From: Lophium mytilinum
Taxonomy: Eukaryota
Direction of reading: 5' to 3'
Assembly (NCBI GenBank): GCA_010093605.1
Contig: MU004185.1
Coordinates: forward strand, 1,881,334-1,945,333
Length of the DNA stretch: 64,000 bases
Shown here: positions 24,301 to 35,647 of the stretch, one piece after another
Numbering within the stretch: the first letter of the stretch is position 1
Layout: each line of letters opens with the position of its first letter
Notes under the pieces: generated by a model
Database searches by the model: none
The model's input: only the letters and a program-made list of their open reading frames with translations
What the model was told of the DNA's origin: nothing
Position numbers and translations under genes: made by a program

Positions 24301-25751
24301 TCAGATTCTGGAGATCGACATCTTCATCATCGTCATCTTGCAGTATATCCTTTTTCGAAGAAGTTTCGGCCATCTTCTGCTTCAATTTCAATTGCTTTGC
24401 GGCCTTGGCGTTCCCGGAATCTAGAGCATGAGCCTTCTTAGCAACTGGTCTCGTTTTGGCTAAGTCTATACATACTCAGATGGCTTGGATTCAGATCTGT
24501 GGTGCGAATTTTTGAGTCTTTCCCCATCTGGAGCCAATACGGATATCTTGTGGCAAAGATTCGTGGGTTACCCAAACCTCGTTGTGCAGGCGAGTTCAGA
24601 TACTTGAAAACTCTATCTAGGACAGAATGCGCTAAAGATGGATAATTGATAAGATAGTTGATCATGTTGATTGGAAGCAAATAGGGTAAGAACTCACTCG
24701 GATGGCCATGCTTATCTCCTGCCGACATAATGAAATATCCTGGAGACAAGCCGAATATTTCGACTGCCGTAGACCTTTCCGACCCGTGATGACTGGCTTT
24801 GATGCATTCGACTGATGAACCTGTCAAGAACGCGACCAGCCGACTTTCTTGAAGTGTCTCTGCGTCTCCTCCTGTATAAAGTGAGATTCTTGGTTTCGGC
24901 TGATTCAGCCTTTTAGGCCATACGATGATACACATCAGGGAAGACTCATTCAAGGTAACATTAGTTTTTGTCGATTCGAGGCCGAGGAAGCTGTCATCTA
25001 TTCCCACGCAGAGAAACGCCGGATAACCATTTTGGGTTACGCCAGCAACAGGCTTCAAGGCGGTAGATTGACTCAGCAATTTCTCCAGTGTATCGATCTC
25101 GTCCCACTTCGCCGTCCCTGCAAGACCTTTGCCGGTGAATAAATCTTTGCCAAGACATCCGGTTCCTGTGCATACATTGCAAATCGCATTCGTCGTGAAT
25201 TCTTCCTCAATCATGCCGTCGCCATGTTTGAATGAACCTGTTATCTTGAGGAAGCCGGTTTCCTCATCCGTGTCTTCGAAGGCGTACTTCATATCTGACT
25301 TATTTGTTTCGGTCTTGGGGCGATAAAAGACGGTTTGCAGGCGAAGGGGATCACCTTGGGCTTTCTGGGGGTCGTATTTCATATATTTTGATTCAACAAC
25401 ACCCTTTCCCTTTTTCTCGCGGTATTGTGCGGCTGCATCTTCTGCAATTACTCCCATGGAACCTCGGAAATGATCGCCATCCCAATGCGAGACGACGATT
25501 GCATCGAATCGTAACTGTATATGGGCGCCATTCAGCTGGCCTTTGCTGTAGAGCGTCTCGATGTTGAGAATCGTCGCCTTCAGGTCCTCCTCCACATAGC
25601 CATCTTTTCCGCCATCAACGAGAACTGCGTGCTGAATCACTCCTATGGATGTAGGCGGGGAAGCTTCTACCAACAGATGAATTGCGGCATCTCCAGCTTC
25701 AACGTTGATGAAGAACGAATCGATCCGGATTTCCTTTGCGTAATCCACCAT
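18328..25751 (-). CDS. Giant (about 2303 aa) protein: ComEC-like MBL-fold hydrolase, charged linker, beta-rich body and DUF6603-like domain; 6 exons: 25751-24698, 24631-24476, 24420-23639, 23569-20311, 20087-18957, 18857-18328
   Basis: Five GT-AG introns (24632-24697, 24421-24475, 23570-23638, 20088-20310, 18858-18956) join five track ORFs in frame; 6912 coding nt. MBL motifs NVEAGDA, VLVDGG, SHWDGDH, GGDAE, KASHHGS, SAGDKHGHP. DUF6603-like motifs (recalled, not searched) VTGGFGFG, WLAAGL, CHITGGFA, GDWVFTIGGYHP..PPHYPVPPRLGISW, GGAYFALTP. Confidence 0.85.
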
Positions 25752-26716
25752 CTTGTAGACGATGCTCGAGGGAAGATAGCGATAGCACCTGTGCCTAATT
25801 GAGCCTTTAGTCGTTATATGTTGAGTGCGATGTTACCCTCAAAATATAGCCATTAGAGAACCGGATGACTTCAAGATTAGGTAGCCTAGCTGTTGTCACA
25901 GTCTTTCACACTCGACTTGTCGAAAGAAGGGAATTTCTAAGTCACTGCGTTCGAGTACACTGACATAGGCCGACGTTCGTCAGAGCTCCAGTCATAGTCA
26001 GCCTGCTCATGAAGGCCGATCCGCTCGATGCGGTTCGCTGCTGCGAATGAAACATCAGCGCGTCGACTACTGCAGCTACTGCACCACGGAATTCATGGCG
26101 ATAACATTTCTGCATGGTGATAGAGCGAAGCGACGCGTCCAGCCCGCTCGGTACAAGGCATCATGAAAAGTGGCTTGCGTAGTTGTCCGCGTCGACGTCG
26201 AGAGAGACCCCTTTTGAGGCTGGTGGGCCTACAAACGACTGATTCAGAGACAAAAACAGTCTAGATTCACTCCGGGGCGTGCTCAAGAGAGTATGGTGGA
26301 GTGGAGTTGAAGGCAGCTAGAAAGACGGCTTGAGGTGTGCGGATGCAGGGGAAGAGAAGGCTGGCCCGGGCGGTGCCCGTTCCGTGTGTGGTTGGATGCA
26401 AGGATAAGCGATGTATATTAGACTGTTTCTGAATTTGTCGCCATTATGTGTAAGGTTTCTCGGGACGTTACCCAATGGAAACCGGCGGTGATTACATAGT
26501 AGACTGGATTCAAAATATTGATTTATGTGACGGCGCACATGTAGGCTATGCTGATGAAAAGCACGAAGTTTTCAGTTGATTAGGTCACGTGTCGCGTTTT
26601 CTTGAAGGACTTCGCATATGTTCCATAGATAACAAGACTATAGAACGATGGTTTTGAGACCAAGTTAAGCTAAGTATGTGATGTATCCAAGTGTACGAGT
26701 TATTGCAACTAGAATC

Positions 26717-29700
26717 CTAAACCCCAACTGGTGGAAGCTCGTCCTTCACGGTCTTTGTCATCCTCATATACCCCTCTACCAATTCGGTGGACGCAGATGC
26801 ACCGATGTCAAGCATCTCATCCACAATTTTGATCCTATACTCATCCCATGTCTCTTTGAGCTCTTGATCATCGGATCCTCCTTCAAGAAGGCGAGGTTGT
26901 AACCAAGCCCAGTCTTCCAATCCAGAGAATGCAAGCTTCACCGCTGGCTTATCTGGGGCAACCGAAACGGAACTGGCTCCAACGGCAGGTGCGATACTTG
27001 GATCTCCTTCGCCTCTCTGAGCTTGCACGCTCACCGTGGGCAACGGCACCGCAGGCACAAGTAGAGGTCCGAGTTTGAAGGCCGCACGCATCTGCTTTAG
27101 AGCATTGTTTACCGCCCATTCAGGCAGCCGGAGTTCTTTGGTTGGGAGAACGTTTCCTGTATATGCGTGGATTGGAGTGATCGGATCAACAATGACGCTG
27201 AAGAGTTGCAAGCGCTTCCAGTGCTCCGTCTGCGCGTCTTTGGTGTCGGCCCCGAGGAAGTACGGCTTCAGCTTTGGAAACTCGCGAATAGGAACTGCAG
27301 GATTGTCTCCGATTCTCTGAAAGGGTTCTGTGGGGTTGTAGTCGTCGGGAATGCCGAAAGATGTGAATATCTCCTTGATCGTTTCTTCTGGTTTAAAGTA
27401 TCCGACAATACCATCAAAAGCTGCATTGGCATCTCCGATCTTCAGGGCAAATTCATAATCCAACAATTGACGCTCTGGAGGCGAGTTGAATAACAAAGAC
27501 TGATTTTGCATGGGAGGTACCGCCAGTTCAACGGAGAAGCCTACGTCTACTAAGCAGAATGGCTTTCCCATTGTCGCAGGGAGAAAGTCAGGGTAGTCCG
27601 CGGAGGTTGATCGGGCCGAACCGAGTGCATTCGTGACCATACGAAAGAATCCTTCGGCGAATGAATACGAAGTCAACTGATGTAACAGACTATGAAGACG
27701 GGGTGAAGCTGTAGGAAGAGGGCCATTGCTGGGCCGGAATGACACGATGGTCGAGCTGGCTCCCGGCGCAATGAAGACTTCGCGGAGGAATCCACCATCT
27801 GGATTGAAAAGCTGAATCGAATAATCGAAGTAGTTGACGAGCAACCATCCCCAAATTGGATTCTCCCATTCGGTTACTGGTCTGTACGTAGATTTTGCCT
27901 CGTCTTTCGTCACGAAGTGTCCGTTGAGGCGAGCGTCTTGATTTATTCTTGGTGCTATCTGGAAGAACTGACAATAACCTTCATCCTTGTCTGCTTTGAA
28001 GACGGTGTTAGGATAGTAACTGCCGGAAATGGGTTCGCAGGATAGCTGTGGAGAAGTGCATGGATATACGGCAGTTGCGGGAGTTCCATCCAGGCGCTGT
28101 GGCTCGATTGCTGTCACCACTTGACCAAATTTGTCGACGATGTGAAGCTTGGTAAGCCTTAGTTGGCCATGAGTGACTGGCTTGAAAGGATGCTGACTTT
28201 GGCTTGAAGATGACAGCTTGGTTCCAAGTCCGTAAGGAGCCATATCGGTAGCAGAAGACAGAGCGTCAAAAACATCTTTCTTCATTCCAAGAGCAGCCAT
28301 GTTGTTCTGTTCAGAAGGCGAAGGTCCTGGATGAGCACCTCGGAGGAGAGTCACGAGGTGATCATTGACTCCCGCTAGAGGCGCAGAGAAAAACTCCAGC
28401 TCGGCCAAATTCTTCAACAAGGCGTCTCGATCGGAAGGCGTGAGTGGACTACCTCGAAGTTGCGATGATACAGTCTGGTCAAAGAATTGCTTGATCTGCT
28501 TCTTTAGAATCTTTGAGGCCTGGGTTCCAATAATATTTCGACCATTCAGTACTCGGCAGTCCGGATCGAGATGTAGATCGGCCAAAACAGTACCAGCTTT
28601 GATGGAGTAACTCCAAATCCCCTTCTCGTCTTTCTGAAAGTCCCAGTACTTCCATGGAATATGATGATATTCGGCACTCCATTCCATATACAATGGAAAC
28701 CAGCCCTGGGTAGCTTTGAAATCGTCGTCGTCGCCATTGTACATGGGTAAAGGCCAAGTTGGGCTTGAACGTGCATATTTGCAATCTGCCCATTCAGCTA
28801 AAATACGACCAACGGCAGTGCTGACTTCCGGGAACTCAGGAAACGATCGGGTAATCACATTCAAGAAGTCTTCGTAACCTGATCCGGCATTGAAAGCCCG
28901 CCCGAGGTTGCTTGTCTGAGGCGTAGTTGTGATCTGGGACAACAGCCTAACGAGCGCAGTTTTCTCGGCGTTGTTTGGCCAGCCCGATGCAACGCCCGCG
29001 AACAAAATAGTTGGGTCGCTGTGAGTCGTGAAAGGGGTCGATGCCACTCGTTTTATCGCGAAGCCCCGTGTCTTGAGATCTTCTTTCAGAGGCTTCATGG
29101 CGGACTTGGCGTTTGACAGAGCAGCACTGAGCGAGTCATAGCGCTTCATCTCAATGTCTATGGCCTCTTTAATCGGTGACGTGAAGACTTCTCTTTGAGA
29201 TTCCGGTAAATTTCTTGTTTCAACGGACTTCCACCAATTGCAGTAAAAGCATGAAAGAAGGTGCCTTGCTTCGCGGCTACAGCCATCCACTGTGCGTTGC
29301 AGTGCATTTAGCTCTTGCAAGAGGGCCAAGTCCGCTGGCTTTGGTGTAGGGCGTTTTACCACATTTGGAGCTGCTCCTAAGGTATTCTTATTCTTGTCAT
29401 AGGACGCGATATCCTTAGCTTCGGCTTCTTTTTGGAAGGTCCAAAGTCTCTCCCCTCGATGTGACACCCAATCACTGCTGCCCATCATATCAGTCGCCTT
29501 CATTTGAGAGTCAACGTCGTCATCGTGAGATATCAAGGCTTCGATTCTACTCAGAAGATCGGCTATGCTGTGAGTTGTGTCCTCAGGCTTCGTGATGCTG
29601 ACGCGAAGGTAGGCGAACAAGGCATCCAAGGTACTAGTCCCTACTGCAATTGGGTGGGATGCAAGTATCTTCTCCTGGAGTTCGATGGATGGGGCCTTCA

Positions 29701-30916
29701 GCTGCGCAGAGCTGTGCCGTTGAAATAGGACATTGTTGAGGGTTCCGTGACATATCATGCGGCCGGCAGACCCTGCTGTTGCTTTTAGAAACGTTGACGG
29801 ATCCGGACAGGTCGGCGTTGCTGTTGGGTTCAACTTGAGATGGCACGATTTCAAAAGGTCTTCGTGACTTGGGCTGATAGTAGCAGGCTGCTCTTTAAAG
29901 ATAAGTGGATCGTCTGTGGCATCGGCATGAAACCCGATTACCACGTAAGAAAGCGTCGCAGCAGCGATCGGATCCTTGTACGAGGAAAACCCAAGGTCGT
30001 CATGAATCGAGAAGACACTGGTGTTGTGGGACTGATAGTCTGCAAAGAGCTCGTTGGCAGACTCTACGACGGTGAAGGGAGTGCTTCGGGGTGCAGAGGG
30101 ATTGACCTCGTAATCCTTCAAGAACGTCTTGAGACCAATGAAAATTTCTTGCTGCTCCGCGAGTGAACGGCTTGGATCGATGAACGGACTCGTAATATTT
30201 TCAACATCTGGCCGGCTGAGATGACGAAGGTCACTGTCGTTGATGTTTCGGATGCGGTCGCTCTCAACCACGAAGCCCTCTGGTGCCGGCGGGGAGGCCG
30301 TGTCGGTGCAGAAACGGAAGACCAACCATCGATTTGGGGCAGGGCGAAACTGTATGGCATTTTGATCAGTACACTGCGTGCAAGAAGAAGAGGGTAGAGA
30401 TGATACAATGGGCTCGTGGTCAGCCGTATCGTGATGCGTGAAAAATACGTAGGTATGGAAAGTACAGGATAGAATAGCTAAAACGATGTATTATACGCGT
30501 ACAGGGACAGCACTGACCGTTAAGACGTCTGCGGTTGGCGCCGCAACGCTATGCGTCGGATATCCCGCGTCTAGCTGGGCCTGCGCATGGTCGCCAACTG
30601 CACTACGCGTTGCCAATATGCCGGCGCGATACACCTGCGGAAGACACCAGCTGAGGTAGACACCCATCCGCTCCTTTCGGACTTCGCCCGTTGTGAGATC
30701 CATGAACCGCGGATTGTGTTTGGCCTTCAGCGTCGACACTGAGACATCGAGGTCGTCCATAACATCGTGTTTGATGAGCCCAGTGTCGGCTCTGAGGGCT
30801 CCATAGTTGGGTTGAGAAAGAGGTGCAATACGGTATTTACTGTCTCCAAAGTCTTCTGAAACGACGAACGCGTGGAGCACAACCGGAACACAAACGATAT
30901 CCAAAGGAGCCTCCAT
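26717..30916 (-). CDS. Large uncharacterised cluster protein A (about 1343 aa), 2 exons: 30916-30518 and 30349-26717
   Basis: Intron 30350-30517 (GTCAGT...CTGAT...CAG) gives T|FRPAPNRWLVFR; 4032 coding nt. Motifs GVYLSWCLP, VVESD, WFPLYMEW, HGQLRLTKLHIVDKFGQ, PRINQDARL, NPIWGWLLVN, DGIVGYF, VDPITPIHAYTG and WAWLQP recall bacterial neighbours of DUF6603 genes. Confidence 0.85.
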
Positions 30917-31453
30917 GGTAGGAAGATGATGACGCGGGTAATGGGCGATGTTTGCAGTGGAGAGCGAGAGATCTATAACTTTGATTGCACGGAGTCTTGC
31001 ATCTCGACTATTTGATCCGGCAAGGCCAGAGCTACTACCCAGATCTGGAACAGGCCTCGTGTCTGGAGCGGCCATGCCTGCAGAGAGGCGTGCTGATCGT
31101 GGAAACTGAGTCCCAAATCGAGCTTGTCTCGTGCATGTTGGGAAACTAGCTGAAAAATGGCTACATGAACTATCGTCCGAGGGTCCGCGTTGCCGCCGCG
31201 GCATTGTCAGTATCCCAGTCCACCCAGCATCCGTTGTTGAGTGGCTGAATGTGGGTTTTTAGCACTTCTTATACGTTTGTAGTGCTCCGAGGTATGTCCA
31301 AAGATCTGGCTGTGGATCGGTACGAACAATTGGTAAACTCACGAAGCTGCCTCACACATTGGCAAAAGGCTGTACACTTACGGAACCCCGTGAACTATTT
31401 CATTGCCCCAGAGTCCGATCGATCAGTTCGAACGAGCTCCGTGTTTTCGAGAA
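30917..31453. promoter_or_regulatory. Probable bidirectional promoter between cluster genes A and B
   Basis: About 540 bp between head-to-head ATGs at 30916 (-) and 31454 (+); inferred from geometry only. Confidence 0.5.
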
Positions 31454-34400
31454 ATGCTTTCAGCAGTCAATCCGCGCTTTCGTGCGCAATTGGAAACCGC
31501 AAATGTCGCAAGCACTAGCTTGGACTCCCACGATGCAGAATTCTTCTCCAGCCAGGCCGCAGCACTGGCAGCTGGAAACTACGATATCGATGTCGTCCAG
31601 ACTGTCACACATCCAAATCCCAGCACTCTGAATGAAACACAGATCCTTAAAACAAAGAGGGGGTTCAACGTTGTTGGCCCAAAGTTCAAGCTCGAAAATG
31701 CAGATATTCACAGCGTGTACCCGGCTCCTGGTCATAGTGACTACTGGAATACCCTGCCACACATCGTCTTCAACGATTCTGCTCTTCCATGGGAAAGGAT
31801 TCCCGGTCAGCAGTATGTAGCATCGAAGGGAGTAAACCGTGTTCCATGGCTTGCTTTGCTGGTTTTTACTCACGATGAGTTGGAAGCTGACCCGGGGTTG
31901 CTTGGGACTAGCGGCAGTCAATCAACGACTTCCTGTACGCGAACCACTGCTGACGAGCTGCGCGATTCTGTTCGGATTGCCCATCCCCTCAAGTCACCCG
32001 ACTTTGAACCCGATTTCGAAGATACCGACATCGTCGATGTACTCATCCTCAAATCGAATCTATTCAAAGCACTTTTCAGCGAGTACGGACCCAGTGCCAC
32101 GACCCCTACCTGGAATGCCAAAGCCAGTATAGATCGCTATCAATATTTGGTATGTAACTTTTTGGTTCAAATATCTGCGACTCAAAAGTGAAATACGATT
32201 CAGCTCGTGGCTGAAGAAGCTCTACTGTTTGACTGGCGTTCATGTAAATGTGTACTAACGCGTTGAAGGCACATGTTCGCAAAGTTCATACCGCCGCCAC
32301 AGCCGGAGCTCAGCCAGGAAATCCCATGGACTCATTCAGTGTTGTCATCAGCTCTCGTACAGGTCCTCCTGCCATCTCTCATCCTACGGAACTGGTCGCG
32401 CACCTTGTTTCTCTAGAGGGTGTTGGAGGCATGTCAGTAGATGGGTTTGAAAACGTAGGCCTGGTGTCGTTATTCTCTTGGAACTGGACAGCGGCACCCC
32501 CCGACCGTATGAACTTCATACACACTATGCAGACGCTCGGTCAGAACGTTCAACCTCTGCGAGTCCCGGACGACAAGCTCCTACCCCCATCCAAAATTGA
32601 AGGTGGAAACCCGGACCTAAAGACATGGCTACATGCCAGACTGAGGGACGGTTATACGCTGAAAAAGCACACCATGTTGTCCGGCGAAAGAACAGTAGCT
32701 TTATTCCGAGGGCCGCTGTGTCCAGCGACTCCATCGCGCTCTACCATAGAGCCATACTCTTTCTGCGGTAACGACTTACAGATCTTGGACCCTCTGCTAG
32801 GCCTGATGGATATTTCTTACAGTGTAGCTTGGGAACTAGGCAAAACACTCGCACTCGCAGATCGGGATTTCTCAAGCAGCCTGTTACACCTCCGGGGTGA
32901 TATTCACGATAACGCCCTGAAAGCCGCCAAAGCTGCAAATGATCCTGGAGTTGTGACGACTTCCATTCTTCTTGACGGCTTGAAGCCTATAGTTGACAAA
33001 GCCGCGACTTTCGACAGCACGAAGGATCTGTCAAAGAAGAATATGGTCAGCCGATGGTGTCAGCAGTCAGGCACCTACAGCAGACAGCGAACTACGCCTT
33101 TGACGAGCGAACATATTGCCATTCGCGCAGATTATGTCGAACAAGTAGCGAACACGGTGAAAGATTACGCGGGGACGACCTCGAAAGAGAGTACGATATA
33201 CAACGAAATTAATACACCCAAAAACCACGAGTGGGCGGCTGTCCTGAAATGGGTGATGGACAAGTTGTTCCTCTCCGGGCTACCAGTCCATTATCTGGTT
33301 CATGATCCCATTGCCCTACCTATGGAGAGTATCCGGACCTTCACGATCGACCAGACTTGGGTAGAATGCTTTCTCGATGGTGCTCTGTCGCTTGCAAATC
33401 ATTTCGATAAGGATGATGACGTTATCCGCAGAGAAATCAAGAACGCTATCAACGAGTACCTCGGAACGCCTTTGACTCAAGACGGAAAGCCACCTCGTGT
33501 ACCGCGCTGGGGCTTCATCATTCGTAGTATTGCCATCAAAGCATTTCCGGATCTGAAGGTTGAAATCGCCCTCACCGAAAAAAGCAGCGCTCGCGATCCT
33601 CTCGTCATGAAGCACCTCTCGGATGACACTTTGATGTGTCTCTTCGATGATTTAGACCAGGCTGGAGTACACACGGTTATGCTGTCTCGACCCGCCCATC
33701 ATCAAAGCTTTGCTTGCGGTACATGGCTCGACGACGAATCCCTTCATATGGAGTTCCGATTCGTGCCAAATCAGCCCGGAGCAACGCTGAAAGGCTTGAC
33801 TGGTCCGAGAGGGGTCGGCCTTGTATGGTCGAAGCCAGAGCAGAATTTACCGGACACCGCACTAGCGCCCGTATACGACTGGACCAACAGGACGCTGATA
33901 TTCCCAGAGTATGCTAAACGATGCATAGAGACGCTAAAGAAGCCGGGCTTCTTCGACTGGGACCTCGGAAAGGGCTTCCCTAGCTCGATCGTAGGCTTGC
34001 AGCTTAGCACCGGCATCTTCCAGCTACCGATTGAGGTCAACACCGGCAGCTTCCATGACGGTGGCCCTCGACAGATAAAAGTTCCGGCTGCTCCTTTGAT
34101 ACCCGCGCCTATCTTGAAGGACTTTCCCAAGGCTCCTAGTCCACCATCCTTATTCGTAGAACTGGAATCAAATCGCAGGCCCCTCATACCCGCAGCACGA
34201 TCCGACTCTAGCAAAAAGGGTGGAGCTCGTGACTCACCCAGCGTTGTCCAAGATTACGAGTATCCTACCGACTGGACGGACGAAAATGTTCTGAAGAAGC
34301 CATGGGATGCTTTCATGACTCTCGACCTCGCGTTGTGGCCTCTACACGCCAAACGTGGAGACCCTCTCCCAACTGCCTCAATTTCCCCCATTGACTTGGT

Positions 34401-34890
34401 CGTTAACGTCAAAGCAAATATGAATGTACATGGGGACAGCTGGATGGGTGATATGGAGCTGATATTCCCACTCCACGATCCACATGGCCCGGAGGGTTTC
34501 AAGAAAGGCATGTTGACATTCGACAGTAGCGCCGCCTGGCCGACGGTGCGTGGCTTGGGCCGCGGTTGTCGCTGGCTATACGATACTCGCCTGTCAATGG
34601 TCCCAATGCTGAAAGAGCAGACAGAATACCGTAGTGAGACGGCTTACTACCCTCAGGAGCCAAAGAATCTAGCGTTCATTGTGCGGATCAGGCGGCGGAT
34701 CAATATTTACGATGAAGAACGGGAGAATGTGGATGCGAGCTTTTTGCTCAGTGGGGTTAGGGTAGATGGTGTGCCGTCAGCCACGGAGACGAATGTCGAC
34801 TTCGTTTGTAGATGGGCGCATACGAATATTACGGGCTGGCCGGACTGTGAAATCGCAGCAGGGCTAATTAATGTAAAGTTTTCGGCGTAG
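31454..34890 (+). CDS. Large uncharacterised cluster protein B (about 1105 aa), 2 exons: 31454-32149 and 32269-34890
   Basis: Intron 32150-32268 (GTATGT...ACTAAC...AAG) gives YQYL|AHVR. Motifs IHSVYPAPG, LPHIVF...LPWER, PWLALLVF..DEL, AHLVSLEG, GERTVALFRGPL, DISYSVAWELG..LALAD, LPMESIRTF.ID..W...FLDGALS, GFIIRS. Start codon uncertain. Confidence 0.85.
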
Positions 34891-35647
34891 AGAGTAGTAT
34901 ACAATGTCTCGTCATCCTGATATAGCGTCTTCGTGCTGATTCTTGCACGCTGCGGTATCTTGTAGAATATCCAAGCAGGCCTCATGAATTGTCAGCTAAA
35001 ATGTGATGTACGAAGTCGTACGAGCAATCTTTTTCTACAAAGGGTAATGTTAAAAACGTAACCAGAAAAAAGAGACCGGGGCCGGAGTCGCTTTGAGTAG
35101 ATGCATGTGAATCGAGGCTGGAGAGTATACTTGTTGATCCTACGCCTGTTGATCCTACAAGCTGGCGTTCTGATAGTCTGCACTCTTGGGCGGACTTAGA
35201 CGGACTTAGAGAGATAGAGGCAGAGGTTGATAGCGACACAACAACCCAAGCCGTACGACCTTCTCTCTACAAGACCATCATGTTCATCTCGCATTCGTCA
35301 CAAGACGAAACAGCCATGTCGAAGCCCCGTGGCCCCCTCATTACTACTAGCAGCTCTTCGGGACTACGGGAGATCGAAAGTGCCGATGGCAGCTTTCGGT
35401 TTTCTGCAGAATTTTAGTCACAAGTCGTCACTACCTGCCGCTCAGATCGTGCCCTTCGTACCACTCTTCGTACATCCCTAAGGCCCTGCGACCTTACTTC
35501 AATGTCCATTTTCTCGTTTGGCATCATGTTTGCCAAGTACTCCAGTTTGGCCTGATGCTTTCCCCATAGTTCGTTTGCCTAGACCCACATAGTCCATCTA
35601 GGTTCCTTGTCCAGTACCGCCAACTATCGCGACCGCCCCTCACAACA

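Noticed and set aside
30917..31204. N-terminal extension of ORF 30491-31204
   Set aside because: Low-complexity and lacks motifs; conserved-looking sequence starts at MEAPLDIVCVPV (30916), so this is more likely promoter or UTR
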